A stretch of 64,000 nt of DNA, taken from assembly GCF_009914755.1 (NCBI RefSeq), contig NC_060944.1. The stretch is one strand, 5' to 3'. Below the pieces are notes generated by a model. That model worked only from the letters and a program-made list of their open reading frames with translations, had not been told where the DNA came from and did not search any database. The position numbers and the translations under genes were made by a program. The DNA comes from the human T2T-CHM13v2.0 reference genome, Homo sapiens. Position 1 is the stretch's first letter. Each line of letters begins with the position of its first letter. This document shows positions 43,525 through 62,265 of the stretch, one piece after another.

Positions 43525-44662
43525 TAAAAATTCACTTTCTTGAAGTACTTTTGAATAAACAAATTTAATTGTGGCAGTTAAGTTGGTCATTTGTTCATCT
43601 GACATTCATGCAACTGAGTTCCCACATTATGTTGGGGCTGCTAATGATTGATCTGAAGGGATAGTCTCCAGTCTTGACTGGAAACTCATGTTTTGCTTGG
43701 TGACTGACATGTTGTGACTTATCCTTTAGTTCATACAACAAATGCTTACTAAATATGTACTGTGTGCCAGGTAATGCTGAAGGTCCTGAGCATACAGACG
43801 AAAGTCCCTGCCCTCAGGAGCTTGCAGTCTAGTGTGTGTATGAGACGACAAAGAAGTTTATTTCAAATGAGGGTAATTGCTAACACAGTAAAACAAGGAT
43901 GATGTAGATGGTAATCGTAGAAGGCCTTTTTGAAGAGTTGACAGTGGGCTGAGTGCTGAATGGTGTCCATTATCAAATTAGAGGATGAGCATTATTATGG
44001 TCAGGGAGAACTCTTGTGGCCAGTTTGTAGAACAGAAGGCTTTTGTGCCTGGAATGTAGCAAGAGCCAGGAGGAGGTAGGAGATGAGGTCAGTAGATACC
44101 AGATTGCTTAGACCCTGCTGTGGTAAGGGATTTGGTGGTGGTGGTGGTGGTGGTGGTTGTTTTGGAGATAGGGTCTCACTCCCATTGCCCAGTCTGTAGT
44201 GCAGTGGCCTGATCACAACTCACAGCAGTCTCAATTTGCTGGATCTACAGGTGTGTGCCACCACACCTGGCTAATTTTTTGTATATTTAGTAGAGACAGG
44301 GTCTTGCTGTGTTAGCCCAGGCTGGTCTGAAGCCGGCTGAAGCAATCCACCTGCCTTGGCCTCCCAAAATGCTGGGCTAACAGGCGGCAGCCACTGCACC
44401 TGGCCAGGAGTTTGGGTGTTTAAGACAAGTAATTATGAGGAATCTAAGGAGTTTTAGTTGAGAAATATACAAATGCTAGAGAAACATAATGAAGAAAGTG
44501 AAATGCAGATTTATTAAGAAGTGTATTTTTAAAAATCAAGAAAATAAGCCCTGTGTGGTGGCATATGCCTGTAGTCCCAGCTATTCCAGAGGCTGAGGCA
44601 GGAGGATTGTTTGAGCTCAGGAGTTAGAATCCAATCTGGACAATACAGTGAGACCCCCTGTC

Positions 44663-44697
<35 letters not shown>

Positions 44698-44848
44698 CAA
44701 AATAGATCTGTAAATCTGCCCCTGCACCCTCCCCACCCAAGTTTCTAACAATCTGCCTTGCATGAATCCCCAAAGGTAGAATAAATTTGCATATGGCAAA
44801 GAAAGGCCAATTTCCTTTAACTCAGATACACTGATGTTAATGATTTAA

Positions 44849-45180
<332 letters not shown>

Positions 45181-46569
45181 TGATTTCATAACTGATCCAC
45201 CATTTCAATACAGAAAAAAGGAATAGGAAAATAAATGGATTAAATCATTGCTTTCCAAAGTGTGTTCTATTGAAAAGGAGTTCTATAGCCAAATAATGGG
45301 AGAGACTGGGCAATCCTCCCACCTTAGCCTCCCAAGTAGCTAGGACTACAGGGCCACACCACCACGCCCGGCTAATTTTTTGTATTTTTAGTAGAGATGG
45401 GGTTTTGCCATGTTGCCCAGGCAGGTCTTGAACTCCTGGGCTCAAGCGATCGTCTGCCTCAGCCTCCCACCAGTGGAGACTCTGGATTAATTGATGTGAA
45501 CCAGTAACTTTGTGAGTTTAAAGTGCTTTGTATTGTGAATCTCCAAAGTGGGGCAGGATATAATGTGTAGCATTTTCCAAACTTGTGATATAAAAAACCA
45601 TAAAGGGTATAGCCTCTCAATAGATTGTATGTGTGGTTTAATGGGACTTGATTTTCACACCTATAGAGTGGAACACCTGGATTAGAGGGAGTGATTAGGT
45701 AGGTGGTGGGATCTACTCAGTCAGAACATTAGCTTCCTGTGATAAACACATTTTCTAATTAAGGGGAAGGACTGCAGCATGTAGAATACAGATAATTCTC
45801 TTTAGAAGGTTGGGGTTTCTGGCTGTTGGGGAGTGCCCTGCATAAGCACAGCATTAGATAATATTTTCTTATTTTCTGGCTCCCCACCGCTCAGTTGTCC
45901 TCTGGCTGCCCTCTTTTCACATCAGCCTTTCTATTGTGTTGTGAGTGCTTTCACTCTTGGTCAGCCGTCTGTCATTTCCACCTAAGAGGCAGCCTTGGGT
46001 AATAGAAAGAGGGTAGACCTACGGAGTTGGACTGATTTAAATCTGATCTTTATTTATTAACCATATATAGTTAATATATGTCAACCTGAGTGCCCTTCTT
46101 TGTGTGTAAAATCATTGTGTGGAATAAATGATATGAAGCCTATGAAAACATCTAGCATCGTGTGCCTGGTTCATACATGTGACACTTCCCCCATTCTGCA
46201 AACCATTACCAGCCCAAAGGTCCTCTACTCCACTTTCATTACATTTTTACCCACTTAAGAAAACCTTCATGACTTCCCCATACATTAAATCATGGCACTC
46301 TTCAGCCAAGTATGGAGGAACCTATATGATCTGGTCTTGATCTCCTAGCCCACTATTCTCTCTTCCCATCTCTGTTACTTTGCTCTCACAATTCATTTTG
46401 GCAGATGCGCCCTCATCCTACTTTGCCTATTCAGATACACATATTTTTCAAGGTTCAGCTCAAGGCTCAGGCTCTGGGAAACTCTTGGATGGCCACATAA
46501 CCCCGTGACTCCCTTCTTAACTTTCTAACGTTTAAGGTGCTGTCTTTGTGATTCATTTGGCACTTCAGA

Positions 46570-46852
46570 GGACAGATGTTTCAGAATTTGGGATTTTTTT
46601 TGGATGCATGTACTGTGGATTATACAACATCCCCAGTGGGGCTTGGGGTAGCACCCTGTAATCAAACGTATTGATATTTCTTTAGTGAAACAAATTTGCA
46701 TACTAAGTGAGATAAATCTATGTTGATAGCCTCAGGCAGTTCAGGCTGGTTTTGCTGCCAAGTGAGTTTGCCACAAACTTGTTAAAAAACAAACTTTTAA
46801 GTTTTTTTATTTTTGGATTTCATCACTTTAGTAAAGGGTATATAGGCCTGTA
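46570..46852. mobile_element. MER46C-like Tigger-derived DNA element
   Basis: ccccagtgggg..tggggtagcaccctgtaatcaaac and terminal ggcctgta resemble recalled MER46C. Confidence 0.5.
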
Positions 46853-48370
46853 CTTGGCATTTCAGTTGTGTCTTGTCTTCTGAACTATTACAGAAGCTCC
46901 TTCTAGGACAGGAACTTGATTGCATATTGTCATAGGCATTTTAAAAATAAATGGGTCCCGGTATGGTGGGTCATGCCTGTAATCCCAGTGTTTTGGGATG
47001 CCGAGGCAGGAAAATTGCTTGAGGTCAGGAGTTCAAGACCAGCCTGCGCAATATGGTGAAACCCCATCTCTACAAAAAATACAAAAATTAGCCAGGCATG
47101 GTTGATTGCGCCTGTAGTCCCAGCTACTCAAGAGGCTGAGGTGGGAGGTTGGGGCTTGAGCCCTGGAGGTTGAGGCTGTGGTGAGCTATGATCATGCCCC
47201 TGCAGTCCAACCTGGGCCACAGAGCAAGACTCTGTCTGAAAAAATAATAAAATTTTTTAAATTCCTTACTGTAAATGTATAATAGATATGTGATTGTAAG
47301 ATTAGAAAAGTATGAAGAGAATAAAACTCTCCTTATATCTATCACCGAGATGTTATCACTGTTCTACATTTTGGAGTGTGTTTTTTGTTTTCTTCTATAT
47401 GTGAAGTTTTTTTTCATAATTTGAATTATGATATCCTTGAACTTTTTCCACTGACCTTTTTTACATTTTACAAAAATTGTGTGTTTAGTTTTTTTCTTCT
47501 TTTTCATAGAAGCCTCTGGTTAATTTGGTGCATGATTTCCCTGAAAGGGCTCCACTTTCCCATCTACATGTGGCTATATATCTAAAAGCTGCCTAATGGA
47601 ATCTAAGCATAAGTGGAGTTTTCTAAAATCGCTTTTTTTTTTTTTGGAGACAAAGTCTCGCTCTTTCTGAGGCTGGAGTGCAGTGGCACAATCTTGGTTC
47701 ACTGCAGCTTCTGCCTCCAGGTTCAAGCGATTCTCCTGCCTCAGCCACCCAAGTAACTGGGATTACAGGTGCATGCCACCATGCCCGGCTGATTTTGTAT
47801 TTTTAGTAGAGACGGGATTCACCATGCTGGCCAGGCTGGTCTCAAACTCCTGACCTCAGGTGATCCACCCCCCTCAGCCTCCCAAAGTGCTGGGATTACA
47901 GGCGTGAGCAACCGCGCCCAGCCTAAAATAGCTTTATTGAAGTACAATTTACATACTATAAGATTTATCCATTTTAAGTGAACTCTTTGGGAAATGTTAG
48001 TAAATTTATGTAGATTATGCATGTGTCACCACAGTCCAATTTTAGAACACTCTGTCACCCCCAAAAAGTTCCCTCAGTTTGCACCTAATTTTATCGTCTC
48101 ACCAACAAGTTGGAGACCATAAAGCTCAATTGATAAGATTCCCAGGATTTGTGATCTGTTGGTAATCATGCACATCTGACACTTGTACTCTGTGTATGTG
48201 CTGTTTCTGTGTGTTTTTTTTTCATTTTCCTTTTAATTGAGTGGGTTCAGACTCCTTTTTTTCCCATTTTTAATGGACAAAATTGTATATATTTGTGGTA
48301 TGCATGTTTTGAAATATGTATACATTGTATAATGGCTAAATCAAGCTAATTAACATATTACTTCACATGC

Positions 48371-48396
48371 TGTGTGTGTGTGTGTGTGTGTGTGTG
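48371..48396 (+). repeat. (TG)13 microsatellite inside an L1MA-like 3' end
   Basis: Direct reading. Confidence 0.9.
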
Positions 48397-48515
48397 GTGA
48401 AAGCACTTAAAATATACCCAGTAATTTTCAAGTGTACAATACATTATTATAGTCACCTTGTTGTACAATAAATCTCTTGAACTGTGTATTTCTTAGCCTA
48501 TGTTGTTAGTAGTTA

Positions 48516-48683
<168 letters not shown>

Positions 48684-49220
48684 TTAATTTGTCATCTGTT
48701 AGATGTGAAGTTTTTTGGTCAGTTATAAGCATATTATGTGATTTAGTTTTGTTTAAGCTTTAAATATGAAAACTTCTAGAATCATAATCTTAGCTGTCAT
48801 CTTCTGAACTCTAGAATTTATCTCCCTAGATGCAAATTCTTAGCACTTTGTAGTATTTGCGATTACATGTTGTACATGAAGGAATTTCTTGTTTCTTTAA
48901 TCTCAGAACTTTATGTGGGATATTTATTTGCTGTTTAAAATTTTAATTTCTCGTTGTGGGGCCTTTTTTTTTTTTTTTTTTTAAGACAGGTCTTGCTCCA
49001 TCACCCAAGTTGGAGTGCAGTGGCACCATCTCAGCTCACTGCAACCTCTGCCCCCAGGCTCAAGACATCTTCCCACCTCAGCCTTCCGAGTAGCTGGGAC
49101 TGAAGGCACCCACTACCATGCCTGGCTAATTTTTTGGGTTGGTTGGTTGGTTTGTTTTGAGACGGAGTTTTGCTCTTATCGCCCAGGCTGCAGTGCTATG
49201 GTGCGATCTCAGCTCACTGA

Positions 49221-49484
<264 letters not shown>

Positions 49485-49973
49485 TGACAGGCTGGTCTCT
49501 TAACTCCTGAGCTCAAGCAGTCCACCCACCTCAGCCTCCCAAAGTGTCGGGATTTACAGGCCTGAGCCACTGCCCGGGCTCCTTATGGGGCTTCTTTAAT
49601 AAGTTCCTCCAGTGATTTTTTTTTTCTTAACCTTTATTAGCCCTTTCCCATAGCATTAAATCATATAAACTTCTTGGTGACTTCGAGCAGTCCTTCAGCT
49701 TTTTTTTCTATGACTATCTTTTTGAAATTTTGGGATTTTTTTTCATCTCCCTTATCACAAAATTGTCTCACTATTGTTTTTGGGGGAAAAGGCACATCTC
49801 ATTTGCTGGACTCTTGTCTCAGAGTCAGGTTTACTGCCCATATAAAAAACAACAGATGGATGACTTTCAGAGAGAATAACCCATAATATAAACGGATTTC
49901 TTTAAATGTAAATCACTTTTTCCGTAAGTGACCAGTTATCCAAACCTTATTTTATATTTTAGATCCTATAGCA

Positions 49974-50058
49974 ATGGAACTCAGCGATGCAAATCTGCAA
50001 ACACTAACAGAATATTTAAAGAAAACACTTGATCCTGATCCTGCCATCCGACGTCCAG
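49974..50058 (+). CDS. CSE1L: CSE1L (exportin-2/CAS) exon 2 coding part; exon begins 49963
   Basis: ttttag|ATCCTATAGCA ATG G (good Kozak); MELSDANLQTLTEYLKKTLDPDPAIRRP; donor gtaaag. Confidence 0.96.
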
Positions 50059-50359
50059 GTAAAGAAAATAAACGTTTTTTGGTTGATTAATTCCTTCAGG
50101 ACAGGTGAGAGAAACCTATGTATTATCTGCCTCCTTATAAATATATTTAAAAAAATTCATACTTGGGTTCTCAAGCGTAGTTTATAAGTGTTACAGCTGC
50201 TATACCATGGTGTGTTGTTTCTTTTTTGAGTAAAATAGCTTTTATTTGGCATCTTCTGGGATTAAAAAGTACTAGTTTTCGGATAAAAAGTACTGACATG
50301 TTTAGAATGCTTTGTCTTTGACCTTTTCCAAAATACCCACTTAAAACATGCCTGCTTTA

Positions 50360-53306
<2,947 letters not shown>

Positions 53307-54705
53307 AATTATTTTTTTTTTAATAATGTGTGAGGCAAGAGTTCTGTTGCTTTATGTATTCAGGACAGAGTATAAAAATAATCTGGTATTTCTGGGAAGT
53401 TAGGAACATAGCATTTCTCAGGGATCGAGACTGACTGACTAGACTGACTCAACTAGACCTTTTGAGACTCCTTGAGTGCGCAGAAACATATGCATGTGAA
53501 TATTGTGATAAGTTGAAAGAAATGAACACAGAAAGGAACAGACTCAAACTCACTTCCTGGATATTGATTACAATTTAGGAAAGAGACTTGGCAATTTATA
53601 TGGGCTTTTCCTCAAATCATGGATGTAGTGTGTTGCCCTGTACAAAATGCTGGCTACTAAGTGGAGGAAACAAATTGTTCTGTACTCATATAAAACCATA
53701 GTATGTCCCCTCCTGAAAAACATTTTTCAGTTTAACAGTCTTCATCCTTCAAGAAAGACATGATAAGCACAAAGCAAGGAGAGTTTGAAAATATCAGTGA
53801 AACTCTTGGGACTCAGTCAGAAAGAGGGAAGGTGTTAAATGATACATGAAATTAATTTTTCAAAAAATATTGGAATATTGGGTGTTGCCCTATGAAGCCA
53901 AAGGTAGAAAAAAATTAAGAGAAATACTGTACTGCCATCACATGTGATCATTAACCTAGGAAATTTATCCCAGAATGTAATCTGGGTTGAAAATCTATTG
54001 GTAAATTTTTTGGATAAATTCATTGCTGGTATTAAGAAGTTTTTAGGTTTTTTTTTAGTTCGACAAGAAAGCTTAGGGCTGGTAAGGTAAAATAAGGACT
54101 GCACTAAAACTTTCAGTAGTGAAGCCTAGCTGTGTGATCTTGAACAAGTTACTTAACCTTAGTGCCTTGGTTTTTTAAATGCTATCTACTTTTCTGGGTA
54201 ATAGTGACAACTAAATGAAATTTTATAATTTTACATATATAATATATATGTAAATCGTTGGACCCATATGGCTAATAATAATATATTAGGATGAATTGAC
54301 TCATTTGCTCTTCATCACTAGCCTATAAAAGAAATATTACTACTAATAGTACTAATAATACTCCTTTCTGAAATAAGACCTGGGTATATGAAGTCTTGAA
54401 GCCACTTAATCTGCCTGGGAAGCAGCTTCTCTTGCAGATGAGATGATCATCCAATTAGGCCACTGTATAGGTTTGTGAGAATCATGTGAGTTAATTGATG
54501 GTAAAGTTATTTGAAAACTGAAGCATTATATAAGTTTAATGTAACATATATAATCCACTTAATAGATAAGAAAAGTGAGGCCCTGTAGACCCACAAATAA
54601 CCTAATCTTTTCTCTTTTTTTGATTTTTTATATATATATATATTTGATATATATAAGGTGGAAAGATTTTTATCTTAGTCTTTTAACATGAAAATTCTTT
54701 TACAG

Positions 54706-54848
54706 CTGAGAAATTTCTTGAATCTGTTGAAGGAAATCAGAATTATCCACTGTTGCTTTTGACATTACTGGAGAAGTCCCAGGATAATGTTATCAAAGTA
54801 TGTGCTTCAGTAACATTCAAAAACTATATTAAAAGGAACTGGAGAATT
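54706..54848 (+). CDS. CSE1L: CSE1L exon 3 (importin-beta N-terminal domain)
   Basis: tacag|CT...ATT|gtaagt; EKFLESVEGNQNYPLLLLTLLEKSQDNVIKVCASVTFKNYIKRNWRI. Confidence 0.96.
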
Positions 54849-55505
54849 GTAAGTATTTTGTGAATACATAATTTAATACCCTGTATGTTTATAAGGTTTA
54901 TATAAGCAGTGTTCTTCAAAGATAAGGCATGTGCTTGTAGTCCCAACTACTCTGGAGGCTGAGGCGGAAGGATCACTTGAGTCCAGGAGTTCAAGGCTGC
55001 AGTGAGCTATGATTGCACCACTGTACTCTAGCCTTTTAGTGACAGAATGAGACCTTGTCTCAAAAAAAAGGATTCAGATATGGATCAAAGATAAAATTAA
55101 ACAGGACCCTTTTCCAAAGCTTCTGTTATTTCATTTGAATTTATATAAATTTGTCCAGCTTCATACCTCGGGTTGCTAGGGAGTGAGACTTGGTCTTAAT
55201 CTCCATTATGTTTGGAATTTATGCTTTACTCACCGCCTACTGAAGAGACATTGTGGGAAGACAGTCTGAATAAATGAAGTGATTTCTGATGTTGGAAAAA
55301 TAAAGCTGAGAAGAAATCAGATACATAAAACATTTGCAGAATGCAAAATAATTTAGATTTCAACTTTTTGATAAGGTATTTTGCCCTATGTCTTGTGGGA
55401 TATGTATATATATACTAATTTTGAGATTAAACCTATTTTATAACAGGTTTAATGATTAGTAAATTATAAATTAAGAAACAGGCATTTTTTTTCCTTAGCT
55501 TAGGA

Positions 55506-55701
55506 CAGTGATTCTCAACTGGGGGCAGTTTGGCTCACCAGGGGACATTTGGCAGTATATTTGGAGACATCATAGCTGGAGGATTGCTACTGGAATCTAG
55601 TGGGTAGAGGCCAGAGATGCTGCTAAGCATCCTACAATGCACAAGATAGCTTTCCACAACAAAGAATTATCTGAGCCAAAATGTCAGATTGAGAAAGCCT
55701 G
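55506..55701 (+). mobile_element. MER20 (hAT-Charlie)
   Basis: cagtgattctcaactggggg...ctagtgggtagaggccagagatgctgctaagcatcctacaatgcaca...ttgagaaagcctg. Confidence 0.85.
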
Positions 55702-55906
55702 GCTCATGATAGAGAAAAAGATGAGGCTTTTCTATAGTGATAGCAGTTATGATGTTACAAAGTATTAGCAGTTGACAAAAATCATCAGTTTATCTAAAAA
55801 GTCAACTTTAAACTGCTCAAAAACATCTTAGAGTCTTACTTTTTTTCTCATTCCATAAAAGAGAGAGTAAATATTGTTTTAAGCCTGTATGATTTCTCAA
55901 GTATCA

Positions 55907-56275
<369 letters not shown>

Positions 56276-56808
56276 CTATTTTGATTTGTAAAACTAGTGA
56301 GACTTAACAGAATCTCTTTGGGTGATATAATCTAGGATGCATTCTAACTAGTAATGGTCAAGAAATTTTCACAGAGGGCTGGGTATGGTGGCTCACACCT
56401 GTAATCCCAGCACTTTAGGAGGCTCAGATGGGAGGATTGCTTGAGGCCAGGAGTTGGAGACCAGCCTGGACAACAAAGTGAGACCCCTCTTCTCTACAAA
56501 AAAATTTAAAATTAGCCAGGTGTGGTCGTGTGTGGTGTGCATCTGTGGTCCTTGGGAGGCTGCAGTGGGAGGGATTGTCTTGAGTCTGGGAGGTGAAGGC
56601 TGCAGTGAGCCAAGGTTTTGTGCTACCCTCCAGCCTGGGTGACAGATGGAAACCCAGTCTCAAAAAAAAAAAAGAATAAAAAAAATTGGAAAGATTTTTG
56701 TTCTAAAGTGAGAGTTAAATTGAAGCTTTTGAGGATGTGTATGGATTAAGTAGCATATATCTGTAAAGATTTTAATTATGTGTCCTGATTAGTTTACATA
56801 TGAAATGA

Positions 56809-56949
<141 letters not shown>

Positions 56950-57062
56950 TGAGTAGTTAGTGTTACAGGTGCCCACCACCATGTTCAGCTAATTTTGTAT
57001 TTTTAGTAGAAATGGTTTCACCATGTTGGCCAGGCTGGTCTCAAACTCCTGACCTTGAGTGA

Positions 57063-57443
<381 letters not shown>

Positions 57444-57695
57444 TAATTTGTATGTAAAATATTTGCATTTGGGAGGCAATGTACGTTTTTCTGGGAAAAG
57501 GATTCACGCTGTCATCAGATTATTGAAGGAATCTGTGACCCATTCATGTAGAGGGAAACTGAAGAAAGACCAAACCTTCCTCTATTTGTTTTCTTAGAAA
57601 ATTAGTAAATAAAAAAACAGTTATGTTTTACCTAAAATCATGTGGACATGAATGTGGATTTTGTGTTACTTCCTCAGTTACTGCTTTGCTTTTAG

Positions 57696-57797
57696 GTTGA
57701 AGATGAACCAAACAAAATTTGTGAAGCCGATCGAGTGGCCATTAAAGCCAACATAGTGCACTTGATGCTTAGCAGCCCAGAGCAAATTCAGAAGCAG
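57696..57797 (+). CDS. CSE1L: CSE1L exon 4
   Basis: tttag|GTT...CAG|gtaatg; VEDEPNKICEADRVAIKANIVHLMLSSPEQIQKQ. Confidence 0.95.
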
Positions 57798-57868
57798 GTA
57801 ATGTCGCTCCACTTTTTAGATGGGCTCCTCTGTAAAGCTCTGATCTAATTAATCTTTTCCTCTCCTAG

Positions 57869-58014
57869 TTAAGTGATGCAATTAGCATTATTGGCAGAGA
57901 AGATTTTCCACAGAAATGGCCTGACTTGCTGACAGAAATGGTGAATCGCTTTCAGAGTGGAGATTTCCATGTTATTAATGGAGTCCTCCGTACAGCACAT
58001 TCATTATTTAAAAG
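57869..58014 (+). CDS. CSE1L: CSE1L exon 5
   Basis: cctag|TTA...AG|gtattg; LSDAISIIGREDFPQKWPDLLTEMVNRFQSGDFHVINGVLRTAHSLFK. Confidence 0.95.
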
Positions 58015-58429
58015 GTATTGATGCATAGATTCATGTTTTTAAAATACTTTCTAAAGTTTTATTTGCTTGTGTAAACAGTTGTGTTTTTGTGACTGTTGTC
58101 ATTCCTTTGAATCTGATCATCTTGGAATGAGAGCAGAAGTTTCTGTATTGCGTTTGTTTCTTCTCAACTAGGATGTTTATTTCATATTGCTCTATTACCT
58201 GTGAAATACTTAGTCTTGATAAACTGCTTGATCCCTTTAAAAAGAAAACTGGCTGGGCATGATGGCTCACACCTATAATCCTAGCACTTTAGGAGGGCAA
58301 AGTGGGCGGATCACCTGAGGTCAGGAGTTTGAGACCAGCCTGGCCAACATGGTAAAACCCCGTCTCTACTAAAAATACAAAAAAAACTAGCCAGGCATGG
58401 TGGTATGTGCCTGTCATCCCAGCTACTCA

Positions 58430-58672
<243 letters not shown>

Positions 58673-58698
58673 TTATCTGTTTTACCTTAATTTTCTAG

Positions 58699-58789
58699 AT
58701 ACCGTCATGAATTTAAGTCAAACGAGTTATGGACTGAAATTAAGCTTGTTCTGGATGCCTTTGCTTTGCCTTTGACTAATCTTTTTAAG
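58699..58789 (+). CDS. CSE1L: CSE1L exon 6
   Basis: tctag|A...AAG|gtatgg; YRHEFKSNELWTEIKLVLDAFALPLTNLFK. Confidence 0.95.
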
Positions 58790-59904
58790 GTATGGAATGC
58801 ATCTTGGTGATATTTTTAAATTAATATTTTAAATTGCTTGAATGTTTGTATACATGTTAAGAGAATGCTTTGAAAGCTTATTTGATAGATAATGTTTAGA
58901 GCATTTCTTTTGAAAAATTTCAAACCTACACAGAAATAGAGATGCTATAGTGAACTCCCATCTATTATTACACAAATTTAATGGTTAGCAACGTTTTATT
59001 TTCTCTGTTCCCTTTCTTAGGAATGTTATAAAAGCAAATCCCAAGCATCATATCATTTCACCCAAGTATTTTAAAGTATGTGTCTCTAAAGGAAGAAATA
59101 CATATTTTTATTTGACTATGTTTGGAGTTTAATTAATTATATATTTATACATTATTTTACAGTTTACAGGATACTTTCCTGAATGTGTTCTTGGTGTTTG
59201 TGAAAATCCTATAAGATTTAAAGAAATATATATATACTTTTTTTCTTTTTTCTTTTTTAAAGACAGGGTCTCACTCTCATTGCCCAGGCTGGAGTGCAGT
59301 GGGGCATGATTATAGCTCACTGCAGCCTCAACTACCCAAGCTCAGGTGATTCTCCCACCTCAGCATTCCAAGTAGCTGGGACTACAGGTGCACACTACCA
59401 TGCCTGGCTGCTTTTTCTCTTTTTTTTTCCTCTCTCTTTTTTTTTTTTTTTTTTTTTGAGATGGAGTTTCGCTCTTGCTCACTGCAACCTCCGCCTCCCG
59501 GGTTCAAGCAATTCTCCGAGTACACTGGGATTACAGCCTGTGCCACTGGGCCTGGCCAGTAAAACCTGTTAATCGCATTTAGAATAATAAAGAATTGGAA
59601 ACAACCTAAATACCAAGTGGCAGATGAATTGTTTAATAAGAGCATATAAAGATAGTTTTGTGTAATATATTTTTATATATGCACAGATTGGGAAGACGTA
59701 GTTCAGAATATTAACACTGGACTTTTTAGTGCCATTATGAACAGTTCAAAAATACATACTTTAACCTATTTTCCACAATCTCTTAAGTGACTGTATTATT
59801 TAAAAGCCAAGGCTGGGCATGGTGGCTCACGCCTGTAATCCCAGCACTTTGAGAGGCCGAGGCGGGCGGATCACGAGGTCAGGAGATCGAGACCACCATG
59901 GCTA

Positions 59905-60138
<234 letters not shown>

Positions 60139-60218
60139 TTAGTGCAAGGCTGTTTCACTAAGATCAGCATGCTGGGTTTATGATGCACTAAAACCATGTT
60201 GCTAAATTCCTTTCCAAG

Positions 60219-60326
60219 GCCACTATTGAACTCTGCAGTACCCATGCAAATGATGCCTCTGCCCTGAGGATTCTGTTTTCTTCCCTCATCCTGATCTCAA
60301 AATTGTTCTATAGTTTAAACTTTCAG
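60219..60326 (+). CDS. CSE1L: CSE1L exon 7
   Basis: ttccaag|GCC...CAG|gtaagt; ATIELCSTHANDASALRILFSSLILISKLFYSLNFQ. Confidence 0.93.
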
Positions 60327-61708
60327 GTAAGTTCATTTGATTTCTTGCTTTTGGTTCTTACTCTTTGATTTTAAATAGAGTTTTCTTTCTGTTTGATAAA
60401 GACTTCTTTGCCAGCATTGATTTTTCTGAAAGAAAAGGTTTTTTCTGACTCTATTTATCCATAGTGTTCTGTTCTACAGTAGTTCTTTCAGATGCTAATG
60501 AGATGTTTCATGGAAAAAAGCAGTATTCTCTTATATCTAGTAGGTTAGCAAAACCCCACATCCTAACTCACTCTTGGAGAGTCACCCTGTACACTGTTTT
60601 ACTGGTGGCATTAAGAAGCTAGATTTCTGAGGCCTTCCTCTTTCGTTCATTTATATGGGTATTAACATTTGGGGAATCATGTTTTGGTTAGGGGTTGCTG
60701 TCCAGCTTATACAAAATGACTTTTATTGGAAGCCATATGAGGGAGACAAAAGACTTGAAGTACCAGACTTTGAAAGGGGTAAGAACTAGTAGTATTTCAG
60801 AGGAAACATAGCCACAGGGCTATAGCAGGGAATGCCTAGTTACCCTGTTGCTACTGAGATAGTGGCCTCCAATCATTCTTTCTGTTCTTAATCATTAATT
60901 CAAGATTCAGGACCAAGAAAGGGGTGTTAATTGGTACAAACTGTTGCTATACTGCGATGCAAGGAGGGCCTAGCCCATTCATTGTTTGTAGCCAGTACCT
61001 GGACTTATCTTCACAACATGAATAAACTCATAGTGGTAGGGAAAGCATTCCCCAAAAGGAAATTGGGTTGTTTTAGCTAGAATAGGAGATGAACAGCCCA
61101 AAAGGACATGTCCCACATCAGTGTTCAGCTGGATAGCAGTTTGAGAAGTTCTTACTTAAATGAGTACTACTATTTTTGCTTACACCTTTTGAATTCTGAG
61201 AAGTCAGGTTTAATGAAGCTCTTGAGAACTTGTCTGGCAGGGAGACCAAGGAAAGAAGCATAATCTACCCTCAGGGGACTTGTACCCTCATTAAGAAGGC
61301 AGTACTATGCCACAAGAAATCAGTAACTAAAAGACAATTAGTTTATCTGCCTTGGTGGTCATCTTACAATAAACGTAGTTCAGAAAAGAAAGGGGATGTA
61401 TTAGTATGCACTGAGCTTGAGCTTTGTAAGGAAAGTCTTCATATAGTCTTAGCTGAACCTTGAAGGAAGATTTAGATTAGGATGAGAACTAGAGGTGGCA
61501 TCATTTATAGCATACAAACAGAGGCAGAAGTCAGAATGCTTTATGCAGCTGCCAGATGTAGCTGGAGCAGAGAATTCTTGTCAGAATAGGTAATGCTCAG
61601 GCTGTGAAGCCTGTGTATAAAATGTTTTGTCCACGTGGTAAGGGAACTTATAAAAGTGGTGTTCTTAATATTTTAATCAAAAGTTTCAAGTCAGTGTTTA
61701 TTCTGTAG

Positions 61709-61801
61709 GATCTCCCTGAATTTTTTGAAGATAATATGGAAACTTGGATGAATAATTTTCATACTCTCTTAACATTGGATAATAAGCTTTTACAAACTGA
61801 T
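61709..61801 (+). CDS. CSE1L: CSE1L exon 8
   Basis: tgtag|GAT...GAT|gtaagt; DLPEFFEDNMETWMNNFHTLLTLDNKLLQTD. Confidence 0.95.
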
Positions 61802-62157
61802 GTAAGTATTTAAAATGTTGCCTGAGTGGTCTTTTTCTTTCATTAAGAGTTATTTGGCTACAGTCTGGAAACCTATTTACTCTTGCATTGTTAAAAGATA
61901 AAATTTCAATACTGTAATAATATTTGATTCTATTTGATGTTACATGTTTGGTGTGTGTAGTATACAGAATTACTCTTATCATGGGCTTGGCTTAAGCCAT
62001 AGTGTACATATAAGGCTGTTTCATTACATTATTGAAAGTAGGTCTTTAAAGTAGTGACATTATGGATATTTCATGAAATAAAATTATTTTTCATTGAAGA
62101 TACTAAGAAAACTTAAAACTCTATAATGGTAGCCCCTTTTTAAAAATCATCTGGCTA

Positions 62158-62265
<108 letters not shown>

